Source of the DNA: Dehalococcoidia bacterium
GTDB taxonomy: Bacteria; Chloroflexota; Dehalococcoidia; Lucifugimonadales; Australimonadaceae
DNA: 48,615 nucleotides
Direction: 5' to 3'
Assembly: GCA_021296055.1 (NCBI GenBank)
Contig: JAGWBE010000005.1
Coordinates: 1 to 48,615 of the forward strand
The first letter of the stretch is position 1; each line of letters starts with the position of its first letter. A program made the translations under genes and the position numbers. This document shows, piece after piece, positions 16,910 through 24,628 of the stretch. The notes beneath the pieces are model-generated. The model worked only from the letters and a program-made list of their open reading frames with translations, did no database searches and was not told the DNA's origin.

Positions 16910-17650
16910 ATGAGAGACGGCGCAGAAAAGCGCGCCGGCGGCGCGCGGCGGACGCTTCGCGGGGCAGCGCCCGTCGCCGTGCTGCTCCTGCTCATCTCCG
17001 CCAACGTCCTATGGGTGGCGGGAAGCCTGCGGCTCTACGAGGCGCTCTTCGACCGCCACGGCGTGGCCGCCGACACCGGCATCTCCCCCGAGGGCCTGCG
17101 CGAGGTGGGGCGTCAGGTGCAGGACTACTTCGCCGGGGACGAGGAGCCGCTCCAGGCGCGGGCCGCCGTCTACGGCGAGGAGCGCGACCTCTTCACGGAC
17201 GCCGAGGCGGCGCATATGGCGGACGTAAAGGCGATGTTCCGCCGCGTGGAGCGCGTTCAACTGGGCGCGGCGCTCTTCCTGCTCGCGGCGCTGGCCGCGT
17301 CCATCTTCTTCGAGCGGCGACGCGCCGTTGCGGAGGCCGCGCGCTGGCTGATGGGCGGCGCAATCGTAACGGCGGCGTTCGTGGCCGCCGTCGGCCTCGC
17401 CAGCCTCGTCGCCTTCGATGCGGTGTTCGACCTCTTCCACGCCCTCGGCTTCCCGCAAGGCAACTACCGCTTCGACACGCGAACCAGCTTTCTCGTCCGC
17501 ATCTTCCCCTTCGGCTTCTGGCGCGACGTTACGCTGCTCATCGGCGTGATGGCGCTAGCGGAGGCGGGCGTGCTCTACGCCGCCGGGCGCGCGCTGCGCC
17601 GCAAGGCGGCAGCGTTCGGCGCACGCGGAAGCGCGGACGGCGGAGAGTAG
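16910..17650 (+). CDS. TIGR01906/DUF1461 integral membrane protein (Lit, lipoprotein intramolecular transacylase family)
   Basis: EAAHMADVKAMF and FDLFHALGFPQGNYRFDTRTSFLVRIFPFGFW motifs plus flanking TM helices. Start moved to ATG 16910. Confidence 0.7.
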   Translation: MRDGAEKRAGGARRTLRGAAPVAVLLLLISANVLWVAGSLRLYEALFDRHGVAADTGISPEGLREVGRQVQDYFAGDEEPLQARAAVYGEERDLFTDAEAAHMADVKAMFRRVERVQLGAALFLLAALAASIFFERRRAVAEAARWLMGGAIVTAAFVAAVGLASLVAFDAVFDLFHALGFPQGNYRFDTRTSFLVRIFPFGFWRDVTLLIGVMALAEAGVLYAAGRALRRKAAAFGARGSADGGE

Positions 17651-17666
17651 GGGGCGGGGCGCGGCG

Positions 17667-17870
17667 TTAGCCGCAGGCGCAGGCGCCCCCGCACGCGCAA
17701 CCGCCGCCTCCGACGCTGCCCCCGGCCACTTGCGCAGGAGCCATCAGCGACACGATGCGGTTCGCGGGCGCCTCGCAGTTGGGACAGTCGGCAGCCCCGG
17801 CCTGAGCCATCGGTTGGAGCTTCTCGAACTCGGCGTTGCAGCGGGGGCAGACGTACTCGTAAAGCGGCAT
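17667..17870 (-). CDS. FmdB-family zinc-ribbon protein
   Basis: MPLYEYVCPRCNAEFEKL...CPNCEAP... with a Gly/Cys-rich tail GGGGCACGGACACG. GAGGTG SD before ATG 17870. Confidence 0.85.
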   Translation of the reverse strand: MPLYEYVCPRCNAEFEKLQPMAQAGAADCPNCEAPANRIVSLMAPAQVAGGSVGGGGCACGGACACG

Positions 17871-17908
17871 GTGGTCACCTCGGCGGAGTCGATTGTAGCG
17901 CACGGCGC

Positions 17909-18586
17909 CTAGCCGCGAAAGCGGTAGCCGACGTTCCAGACGGTGTCGATGAAGGTATGCGCCGCGTCCTCGATCTTGCTGCGCAGCCGCCGCACGTGCA
18001 CGTCCACCGTGCGCGTGCCGCCGAAGTAGGCGTAGCCCCACACGTCCTCCAGCAGCGTCTCACGGCGATAGACGCGCCCAGGGCTCGACGCCAGCACGCG
18101 CAGCAACTCATACTCCTTGTACGTCAGCAGCACCGGCCGCCCCGCCAAGTAGACGTCGTAGCGGTTCGTGTCGATTACCAAGTCGCCGGAGCGGATCACG
18201 CCGGGCGCGTCCGGCGGCGCGGCGGCGTCCAGCAGGCGGCGAACGCGCGCCGCCAGCTCCCCTTGTGTCCACGGGCAGACGATGAAGTCGTCGCCGGGCG
18301 GCGCGGCTTCGGCGTCCGCCAAGCGCTCGGCGGCCACCACCGCCAACACGGGGGCGCGTCCCCTGCCCTGCGGCGGCGCCGCGCCGGGGTGCTCGTACAG
18401 CACCGCGTCGGGGCGCGCGCCGTCTCCGTCGGCGGAGGCGAGAGCGTAGTCCGCGCCGTCGCGCGCGAGGCAATGCGCCAGAGCCGGAGAGAGAGCGCCG
18501 TCCGCCGGGGCCACTTGCAAGCGGTAGCCCGGCCAGGCAGGCGTCGAGGTCTCGGCGGCCTCGCTGCTCGCCGCTCTCACCACCAC
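17909..18586 (-). CDS. OmpR/PhoB-type winged-helix regulator with degenerate (pseudo-)receiver domain
   Basis: C-terminus LTYKEYELLRVLASSPGRVYRRETLLEDVWGYAYFGGTRTVDVHVRRLRSKIE...TVWNVGYRF. The N-terminal ~110 aa align only loosely to a receiver, and the acidic pocket, phospho-Asp and Lys positions are not recognisable. GTG starts at 18580-18586 overlap the cysM stop. Confidence 0.75.
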   Translation of the reverse strand: MVVRAASSEAAETSTPAWPGYRLQVAPADGALSPALAHCLARDGADYALASADGDGARPDAVLYEHPGAAPPQGRGRAPVLAVVAAERLADAEAAPPGDDFIVCPWTQGELAARVRRLLDAAAPPDAPGVIRSGDLVIDTNRYDVYLAGRPVLLTYKEYELLRVLASSPGRVYRRETLLEDVWGYAYFGGTRTVDVHVRRLRSKIEDAAHTFIDTVWNVGYRFRG

Positions 18587-19515
18587 ACCTTGCCCTCCAC
18601 CTCGGCGCCCAGCTCCTCGTAGGAGCGCGTCCACAAGCGCGTGCTGAGGTACTTCCACCCACCATCGGCGAAGAGGCAGACGATGTTGGCGCTGTCGAGG
18701 CGCCGCCCCGCGCGCAACGCGGCGGCGAGCACCGCGCCCGACGACACGCCCGCGAACACGCCCTCTTGGTGCAGCAGCGCCGCGGCGAGGTTGAAGCTCT
18801 CCTTGGCCGAGACCATCATTCGCGCGTCCAGGCGCGACAGGTCGAGGATAGGGGGAACGAAGCCCTCTTCCAGGCTGCGGAGACCCTGGATGCGGTCGTC
18901 GGGCTCGGGCGCCGCCGCAATGACCTTGACCGCCGGGTTGTGCTCCTTCAAGCGCCTGCCCGCGCCCATCAGCGTGCCGCCCGTTCCAAGCCCGGCGACG
19001 AAGTGGGTTACCTCAGGCAGGTCGGCTACGATCTCCGGCCCCGTCGTCTCGTAGTGCGCGGCGGGGTTCGCCTCGTTGCCGTATTGGTAGAGCATCGTGT
19101 AGCGGCCCGGCGCGTCGTCCGCCATCCGCCGAGCAAGAGCAATCGCGCCGTTCGTCCCCTCCGCGCCCGGCGAGTAGACCACCTCGGCGCCGAAAGCGCG
19201 CAGTAGTTCGGTGCGCTCGGGGCCGACGTTGTCGGGCATAACCGCCGTGAAGCGGTAGCCCAAGCGCGCGGCGATCATCGCCAGCGAGACGCCCGTGTTG
19301 CCGGAGGTGGGCTCGAGCAGCGTCTTCTCGGGCGAGAGCGCGCCCTCCGCCTGCGCCTTGCGCACCATGGCGCGGGCGATGCGGTCCTTAACGCTGCCCG
19401 TGGGGTTGTGGCCTTCGAGCTTGGCGAAGACGCGCACGCCGGGCTTGGGGCTGAAGGTGGGGAGCTCCACAAGCGGCGTGTTGCCGATCGCTTCGACGAT
19501 GCTGTCGCTACGCAT
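18577..19515 (-). CDS. cysM: PLP-dependent cysteine synthase, CysM-like
   Basis: 312 aa. GNTPLVEL, NPTGSVKDR (PLP Lys), TSGNTG, GLGTGGT. The C-terminal DGGWKYLST...EGKVWW tail resembles, from memory, the mycobacterial CysO-dependent CysM. Only this part of the 695-aa track ORF is real. Confidence 0.85.
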   Translation of the reverse strand: MRSDSIVEAIGNTPLVELPTFSPKPGVRVFAKLEGHNPTGSVKDRIARAMVRKAQAEGALSPEKTLLEPTSGNTGVSLAMIAARLGYRFTAVMPDNVGPERTELLRAFGAEVVYSPGAEGTNGAIALARRMADDAPGRYTMLYQYGNEANPAAHYETTGPEIVADLPEVTHFVAGLGTGGTLMGAGRRLKEHNPAVKVIAAAPEPDDRIQGLRSLEEGFVPPILDLSRLDARMMVSAKESFNLAAALLHQEGVFAGVSSGAVLAAALRAGRRLDSANIVCLFADGGWKYLSTRLWTRSYEELGAEVEGKVWW

Positions 19516-19556
19516 GGACGGGCGGCTCGTGGCGCAAGGCGTTGGCCGCGCTCCGG

Positions 19557-20408
19557 CTACCCGGCGGCGACGGGGGCGGCCTCGGCGTCCGGCGACGCGG
19601 GCGCCAGACCGCAGAACACCTCGTAGTCGATGAGCTCGGTAACCGTGGGGTTGTCCCCGCACAGCGGGCACTCGCTGTTGCGGCGCGTCTTCACCATGCG
19701 GAACTCCATGTTCAGCGCGTCCACCAGCAGCAAGCGCCCCACCAGCGGCTCGCCTATCCCCAGCAGCACCTTCACCACTTCGGTGGCCTGGATGCTGCCG
19801 ACGGTGGCGGTCAGCGCCCCCAGCACCCCTGCCTCCGCGCAGTTGGGCACCAGGCCCGGCGGCGGCGGCGAGGGGAACAGGCAGCGGTAGCAGCCCTGGC
19901 CGGGCAGGTACGTCGTTACCTGTCCGTCGAAGATGAGGATGCTGCCGTCCACCAGCGGCTTGCCCGAAAGGTAGGCGGCGTCGTTCACCAGATAGCGAGT
20001 GGCGAAGTTGTCCGCCCCGTTGACGATGACGTCGTAGCCGCGCATCGTCTCCATTGCATTCTCGGAGTTGATGGCGTACTCGTGGCCCACCACCTCCACG
20101 CCCGGGTTGTAGCGGCGCAGCGTCTGCTTTGCCGACTCCAGCTTCGACATCCCCACCGTCTCGCTGTTGTGGAGCACCTGGCGCTGGAGGTTGCTGAGGT
20201 CGACCACGTCGAAGTCCACCAGGCCGATGGTTCCGACGCCCGCCAGCGCCAGGTAGAGCGCCACCGGGCCGCCGAGACCGCCCGCGCCGATGATCAGCGC
20301 TTTCGAGCCGATGAGGGTTCGCTGACCGGACGAGCCGATCTGCGGCATGATGATGTGGCGGCTGTAGCGCCGCACCTGCTCCGGGGTTAGGGCCGGTCCC
20401 GTCGTCAT
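19557..20408 (-). CDS. MoeB/ThiF/HesA-family adenylyltransferase (E1-like sulfur-carrier activator)
   Basis: YSRHIIMPQIG, GAGGLGGPVALYLALAGVG, two CxxC pairs (CYRC, CPLC). No rhodanese domain. GGAGGAG SD before ATG 20408. Confidence 0.9.
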   Translation of the reverse strand: MTTGPALTPEQVRRYSRHIIMPQIGSSGQRTLIGSKALIIGAGGLGGPVALYLALAGVGTIGLVDFDVVDLSNLQRQVLHNSETVGMSKLESAKQTLRRYNPGVEVVGHEYAINSENAMETMRGYDVIVNGADNFATRYLVNDAAYLSGKPLVDGSILIFDGQVTTYLPGQGCYRCLFPSPPPPGLVPNCAEAGVLGALTATVGSIQATEVVKVLLGIGEPLVGRLLLVDALNMEFRMVKTRRNSECPLCGDNPTVTELIDYEVFCGLAPASPDAEAAPVAAG

Positions 20409-20485
20409 TGTGCTCTCCTCCGTTGGCGGCCTCGCGCGCCGCGAACCTGCTCACTCTACTCGACGGCCCGCCGAGCCCGAAAGGG

Positions 20486-20911
20486 CTAGAGCGGCCCCGC
20501 GACGGGCTGACGCGGGAAGGCCAACTCCCAAACCGTCGTGGCCTCCAGCACCCTCTGCACCGCGTCCTCCACGCCGCGCCAGATCTCCCGCTGCGTACAG
20601 GAACCCGACAGCACGCAGTCGTCCTGGTCGGCGATGCAATCCAGCGGCGCGATGCGGCCCTCAAGGGTGGCGACCACCTCGCTCAGGGGTATGTCGTGCG
20701 GGTCGCGCGCCAGCAGGTGGCCGCCGCGCGGCCCGCGACGGCTGCGAATGAAGCCGAACTTGTTCAGCGTCGTCAACACCTGGTCGAGGTATGGCTCCGG
20801 GATGTGCTGGCGGCGCGCCACGTCCGCCGTCCGCACCGGCCCGTCCGCCGTGAACTGCGCCAAGTCGACCAGCGCCCGCACGCCGTAATCCACCTTCATC
20901 GGGATGCGCAT
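20486..20911 (-). CDS. Rrf2-family transcriptional regulator (IscR/CymR-like, with Cys cluster)
   Basis: MRIPMKVDYGVRALVDLA, GFIRSRRGPRGGHLLA wHTH, CIADQDDCVLSGSC putative Fe-S ligands. GGAG lies 8 nt before ATG 20911. Confidence 0.85.
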   Translation of the reverse strand: MRIPMKVDYGVRALVDLAQFTADGPVRTADVARRQHIPEPYLDQVLTTLNKFGFIRSRRGPRGGHLLARDPHDIPLSEVVATLEGRIAPLDCIADQDDCVLSGSCTQREIWRGVEDAVQRVLEATTVWELAFPRQPVAGPL

Positions 20912-20947
20912 CCCGCCGCTCCTTCGGCGCGTTCCCCGCCGCGCCCG

Positions 20948-20984
20948 CCCTCGCATGATAGCGAGGGACGCGCCGAGAAAGCAA
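20948..20984 (-). promoter_or_regulatory. promoter of the Rrf2 operon with inverted repeat bracketing the -10
   Basis: Minus strand TTGCTT (20984-20979), 18 nt, TATCAT (20960-20955). CCCTCGC-ATGATA-GCGAGGG inverted repeat at 20948-20967. Confidence 0.5.
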
Positions 20985-21165
20985 TAAAGTCGGTCAACAA
21001 TGCGCCTTTCTCAGCGTGCGTCGCCCTTGCGACATCAGCCCGTTGTGCAAACGGCGTTCCTGTGAAACACTGTCCTGTATCGCTCATCCTTCTGCCCCTA
21101 TGCGGCCTTCTCCGCCGGCCCTTGGCGGCCGCGCTCGGTGTCGCGAAAGTGTCACATCTCCGCCT

Positions 21166-21202
21166 GCCGCCGCCGTGCGGTTGCCCCGCGGCGGCGCCTT
21201 TT
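21166..21202 (+). terminator. plus-strand intrinsic-terminator-like hairpin inside the Rrf2/ctc intergenic region
   Basis: GCCGCCGCCGTGCGG-TTGCC-CCGCGGCGGCGCC (4 bp + 2-nt bulge + 7 bp) followed by TTTT (21199-21202). No CDS ends here. Confidence 0.45.
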
Positions 21203-21236
21203 CGTCGCTTCGCCGATCGCCCCTCTCCGCGTAAAT

Positions 21237-21251
21237 GTAACACTTTGTTAC
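21237..21251. promoter_or_regulatory. perfect palindrome GTAACA-CTT-TGTTAC in an AT-rich patch (candidate operator)
   Basis: 6-3-6 inverted repeat about 90 nt upstream of the ctc ATG and about 45 nt upstream of a TATCCT -10-like hexamer (21296-21301). Confidence 0.35.
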
Positions 21252-21342
21252 GGAAATTCCGGACGCGGCGGAGAGAGCGGACGAGCCGAACCTGCTATCC
21301 TATGCCGTTGCGGCCTGCTAGGGGCCGCATGGAGCCTAGCCA

Positions 21343-21987
21343 ATGACCACCCAAGCCATCGTTCTCGACGCCGAGCCGCGCACCGCGTTCGGCCACAAGA
21401 ACCGCGCGCTGCGGCGCGGCGGCCTCACCCCGCTGCACGTCTACGGCCACGGCGAACCGTCGCTGGCGCTGCAATGCGCCACGCCGGACGCCGCCCACGC
21501 TCTCGCCCAGACCCGCTCGACGGCGCCCCTCACCCTCAACGTCGCCGGCGGCGGCGACCTCTTCGTCATGGTGCGCGAGGTGCAGCGCCACCCCGTAACC
21601 GACGAGCTCGTGCACATCGACTTCATCCGCATCTCCCGCACCGAGCGCGTCCGCGCCTCCGTTCCCGTCCACCTAGAAGGCGAGGCGCCCGGCGCAAGAG
21701 CGAGCGGCGCTGCCCTTGTCCAAGAGCTGCGCGAGGTGGAGGTCGAGGCGCTGCCGCTGGAGATTCCCGGCGGCTTCACCGTCGATGTCTCCGGCCTGGA
21801 GGACGCGACGGCGGCCGTTCACGTGAGCGACCTGAGCGCGCCGCCCGGCGTGACCATCCTCTCCGACCCAGGCGCGTTGGTCGCGCGTATCGTGCAACAG
21901 CGTGCGGAGGTGGCCGAGGAAGAGGAGGCCGCGGCCACGCCGACTGAGGACGGGCCCGCGCCTCCGGCGGCGCCCGACGAAGCGTAG
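21343..21987 (+). CDS. rplY: 50S ribosomal protein L25 / general stress protein Ctc
   Basis: 214 aa. ...RALRRGGLTPLHVYG..., QRHPVTDELVHIDFIRI, acidic C-terminal tail. GGAG 8 nt upstream. Confidence 0.9.
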   Translation: MTTQAIVLDAEPRTAFGHKNRALRRGGLTPLHVYGHGEPSLALQCATPDAAHALAQTRSTAPLTLNVAGGGDLFVMVREVQRHPVTDELVHIDFIRISRTERVRASVPVHLEGEAPGARASGAALVQELREVEVEALPLEIPGGFTVDVSGLEDATAAVHVSDLSAPPGVTILSDPGALVARIVQQRAEVAEEEEAAATPTEDGPAPPAAPDEA

Positions 21988-21994
21988 CCCCGCG

Positions 21995-22924
21995 CTAATT
22001 GGGCAGCTGCGCCCCGACGAACTCGCGGTGACCGCGCACGAACTCCTCAGCGCTCATCGCCGCTCGCCCCTCCGGCTTCACCCGCAGCGGGAGCAGCAGG
22101 CCCTCGCCCGTCCCCACCGCCGCGCCGGCGCCGCTCGCCTCGACCGCGCCGGGCGGCGCGCTCCCCGAGACCGTCCGCGCCTCCAGCACGTCCAGCTTCC
22201 GCCCTTGCCACGAGGTGTACGCCCCAGGCCACGGGTCGTAGGCGCGCGTCTGCCGCTCAATCTCCGACGCGCTCTTGCTCCAATCGATGGCCCCGGCCTC
22301 CTTCGTGAGACGGCGCAACGCCGCCTCCCCCGGCGGCTGCGGCTGAGGGACGATGTCGCCCCGCACGTAGGCGGGGAGCGCCTCGAGCGCCAACTCCGCG
22401 CTTAGCTCAAACAGCCGCGCCGTCAGCGCCGGGGCGCGCTCGTCGCCGCGCAAGGGGATCGCCCGCCGCGCGACGATCGGCCCCGTGTCGATGCCCTCGT
22501 CCATCACGAACAGCGTGGCGCCCGCCTCAGTGCCGCCCGCCAGGATCGTCGCCTGCACAGGGATGGCGCCGCGGAAGCGCGGCAGCAGCGACGGGTGGAC
22601 GTTCAGCGCGCCCAGCGGCGCAACCCGCAAGAATTCACCGGGCAGAATCTTGCCGTAGGCCGCCAAGACCACAAGGTCGGGCCGCTGGGCGCGGAGCGAC
22701 GCGGTCATATCGGGGTCTTGGGTGGCTTCAGGCGCGTACGCCTTGAGGCCGCGCTCCAGCGCGTAGCGTTTCACCGGCGACTGCTCGAGGGCGCGGCCTC
22801 GGCCTGCGGGCCTGTCGGGCGCGGTGTAGACACCCACGACCGGCCACCCCAACGCCTCGATCGCGCGCAGCACCGGAAGCACGGCGGCGGGCGTTCCCAT
22901 AAAGACGGTGCGGGGGCTGTCCAC
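21995..22924 (-). CDS. fmt: methionyl-tRNA formyltransferase
   Basis: VFMGTPAAVLPVL, NVHPSLLPRFRGAIP, C-terminal Fmt domain. GTG start at 22924. Confidence 0.9.
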   Translation of the reverse strand: MDSPRTVFMGTPAAVLPVLRAIEALGWPVVGVYTAPDRPAGRGRALEQSPVKRYALERGLKAYAPEATQDPDMTASLRAQRPDLVVLAAYGKILPGEFLRVAPLGALNVHPSLLPRFRGAIPVQATILAGGTEAGATLFVMDEGIDTGPIVARRAIPLRGDERAPALTARLFELSAELALEALPAYVRGDIVPQPQPPGEAALRRLTKEAGAIDWSKSASEIERQTRAYDPWPGAYTSWQGRKLDVLEARTVSGSAPPGAVEASGAGAAVGTGEGLLLPLRVKPEGRAAMSAEEFVRGHREFVGAQLPN

Positions 22925-23107
22925 GGCTAAATCTTACCGCACGAGGCGAGCGGCGGGCACTTGTCGGCGCGACGGGCGAGGGTAGGCCGCCGCTCCCAAA
23001 ACCGGGGGGCGAATTGCCCGCGGCACCCTCTTGCGTTCTCAAAAGCGGCGCGTGATACCTTGCCCGCCTCCGCTCACTAAGCAGGCGTGGCGCGCATGGC
23101 CGGGTGA

Positions 23108-24481
23108 GTGGGGGCACGGGGAACTCCCCACCGACATCAACGCGGAGTTGAAGCGCTGACGACTATCGCCAACGCCCAGCGCGCCTGGGAGGCCGCCCTT
23201 GGCCGCCTCGAAGTCCAGGTGCCCAGGCCCACCTACAACACCTGGCTGAAAGGCTCCGTCGGCCAATCGCTAGACGCAAACCGCCTGGTGGTCGCCGTGC
23301 CGTCAGCCTTCGTCGCTGCGCAACTGAACTCGCGCATGCACGGCATGGCCTGCTCCGCCGTCCACGCCGTCGTCGGGGAGGAGACGGACGTGGCGTTCGT
23401 CGTCGTCGCGCCCGGGACGGCGCCGTCGCACGCGCCGCACGCCGAGGCGCACGCCCCATCCGCACGCCCGGCTTCGCCGCAGCTCAACCCGCGCTACACC
23501 TTCGAGGCGTTCGTCGAGGGTTCGAGCAACCGCCTCGCCTTCGCCGCAGCCCAGGCCGTGGCGGACGCGCCAGGCGCCAACTACAACCCCCTGGTGATTC
23601 ACGGCGCCGTGGGCCTCGGCAAGACGCACCTGCTCCACGCCGTCGGCCACCGCCTCCTCTCCCGCGGCCAAGCCTTCCGCTACGTAACCAGCGAGCGCCT
23701 TGTCAACGACTACACCGCCGCTGTCCGCGAGGGGCGCCGCCGCATCGACGAGTTCAACCAGTCCTATCGCTCGCTGGACGCGCTGTTGGTGGATGACATC
23801 CAGTTCCTCGCGGGCAAGCAGGGGACGCAAGAGACCTTCTTCCACATCTTCAACGCCCTCCACGACAATGCAAAGCAGGTCGTCGTCACCTCCGACCAGC
23901 CCCCCGGCGCGCTGCGGCTGTTGGACGACCGCCTTCGGTCACGGCTCGAGTGGGGCCTCGTAACCGACGTCAGCATGCCGGACCCTGAGACACGCACGGC
24001 GATTCTGCAGCGGATCGCGGAGCGGGCGCGCGTCACGGTGCCGCCGGAGGTGATATCGGCGCTCGCCCACCGCGGCGTGATTTGCATCCGTCAGCTAGAG
24101 GGGTTCCTCGGCCGCCTGATCGCCGCGGCCGAATGGGCCGGCGTGCCGCTGACACTCGATTCCATTGGCAAGGAGCTCGCCGCATATGCGCCGATGCCCG
24201 AACCACTCAACGCGGCAGAGATAATTACTCGAGCCGCCAGGGCCTTCGGTCTACCCACAGAGGCCCTGACGGGCAAGCGCCGCGACCGTAAGGCTGCCCA
24301 GGCGCGCCAAGTCGCCGCCTGCCTGCTGGCTGAGCGCCTATCGCTGAACCCCGGTGAAATCGGCGCAATCCTCGGCAAGCGCGACCGCGCCACTATCGCC
24401 TACTCAATCCGACAGGGGAAGCAAGCGCTCACCGACGACCCAGGCCTGCAGCGCATCGCCTCAGAGATTCCACAGGATTAG
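23108..24481 (+). CDS. dnaA: chromosomal replication initiator protein DnaA
   Basis: GAVGLGKTHLLHAVGH (Walker A), LLVDDIQFLAGKQGTQETFFHIFNAL, C-terminal DNA-binding ...RDRKAAQARQVAACLLAERLSLNPGEIGAILGKRDRATIAYSI. Start uncertain: GTG 23108 is the only canonical in-frame start. Confidence 0.92.
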   Translation: MGARGTPHRHQRGVEALTTIANAQRAWEAALGRLEVQVPRPTYNTWLKGSVGQSLDANRLVVAVPSAFVAAQLNSRMHGMACSAVHAVVGEETDVAFVVVAPGTAPSHAPHAEAHAPSARPASPQLNPRYTFEAFVEGSSNRLAFAAAQAVADAPGANYNPLVIHGAVGLGKTHLLHAVGHRLLSRGQAFRYVTSERLVNDYTAAVREGRRRIDEFNQSYRSLDALLVDDIQFLAGKQGTQETFFHIFNALHDNAKQVVVTSDQPPGALRLLDDRLRSRLEWGLVTDVSMPDPETRTAILQRIAERARVTVPPEVISALAHRGVICIRQLEGFLGRLIAAAEWAGVPLTLDSIGKELAAYAPMPEPLNAAEIITRAARAFGLPTEALTGKRRDRKAAQARQVAACLLAERLSLNPGEIGAILGKRDRATIAYSIRQGKQALTDDPGLQRIASEIPQD

Positions 24482-24628
24482 CCCAGCCTTCCTCTGCCTT
24501 TCCACCCTCTTATCATCCCTCTACGCAAGTCAACGGCCACGCCTAACTGACCTTTCACCACTTTATTCACCCAAAGAATCGCACTCCTCTATCATGACTA
24601 TTCTCCTCTACTATCTCTAGAAGAAGAA
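24482..24628. other. AT-rich dnaA-obg spacer with degenerate DnaA-box-like repeats (candidate oriC / DUE)
   Basis: TTTCCACC (24499), TTATCATCC (24510), TTTCACCA (24553), TTATTCACC (24563; 7/9 to TTATCCACA), then TATTCTCCTCTACTATCTCTAGAAGAAGAAATGATG. Clearly the most AT-rich spacer in the window. Confidence 0.45.

Noticed and set aside
19516-20485. Search for a CysO/ThiS/MoaD-like small sulfur-carrier gene within the moeB-cysM cluster
   Set aside because: The gaps are only 41 nt (19516-19556) and 77 nt (20409-20485), and no overlapping small ORF ending in Gly-Gly was found. The carrier must be encoded elsewhere, if the pathway is carrier-dependent at all.
19516-20664. N-terminal ~380 aa of the 695-aa ORF 18577-20664
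   Set aside because: It is Arg/Gly/Pro-rich and overlaps the clearly real moeB/thiF and Rrf2 genes in another frame. The genuine CysM begins at ATG 19515 (MRSDSIVEAIGNTPLVEL).
21016-21234. 72-aa Cys-containing ORF in the Rrf2/ctc intergenic region (possible small metal-binding protein)
   Set aside because: Third codon positions are AT-rich (CGT, CCT, TGT, GCT, CAT, TCT), unlike genuine genes here. It has no SD and runs through the terminator-like hairpin.
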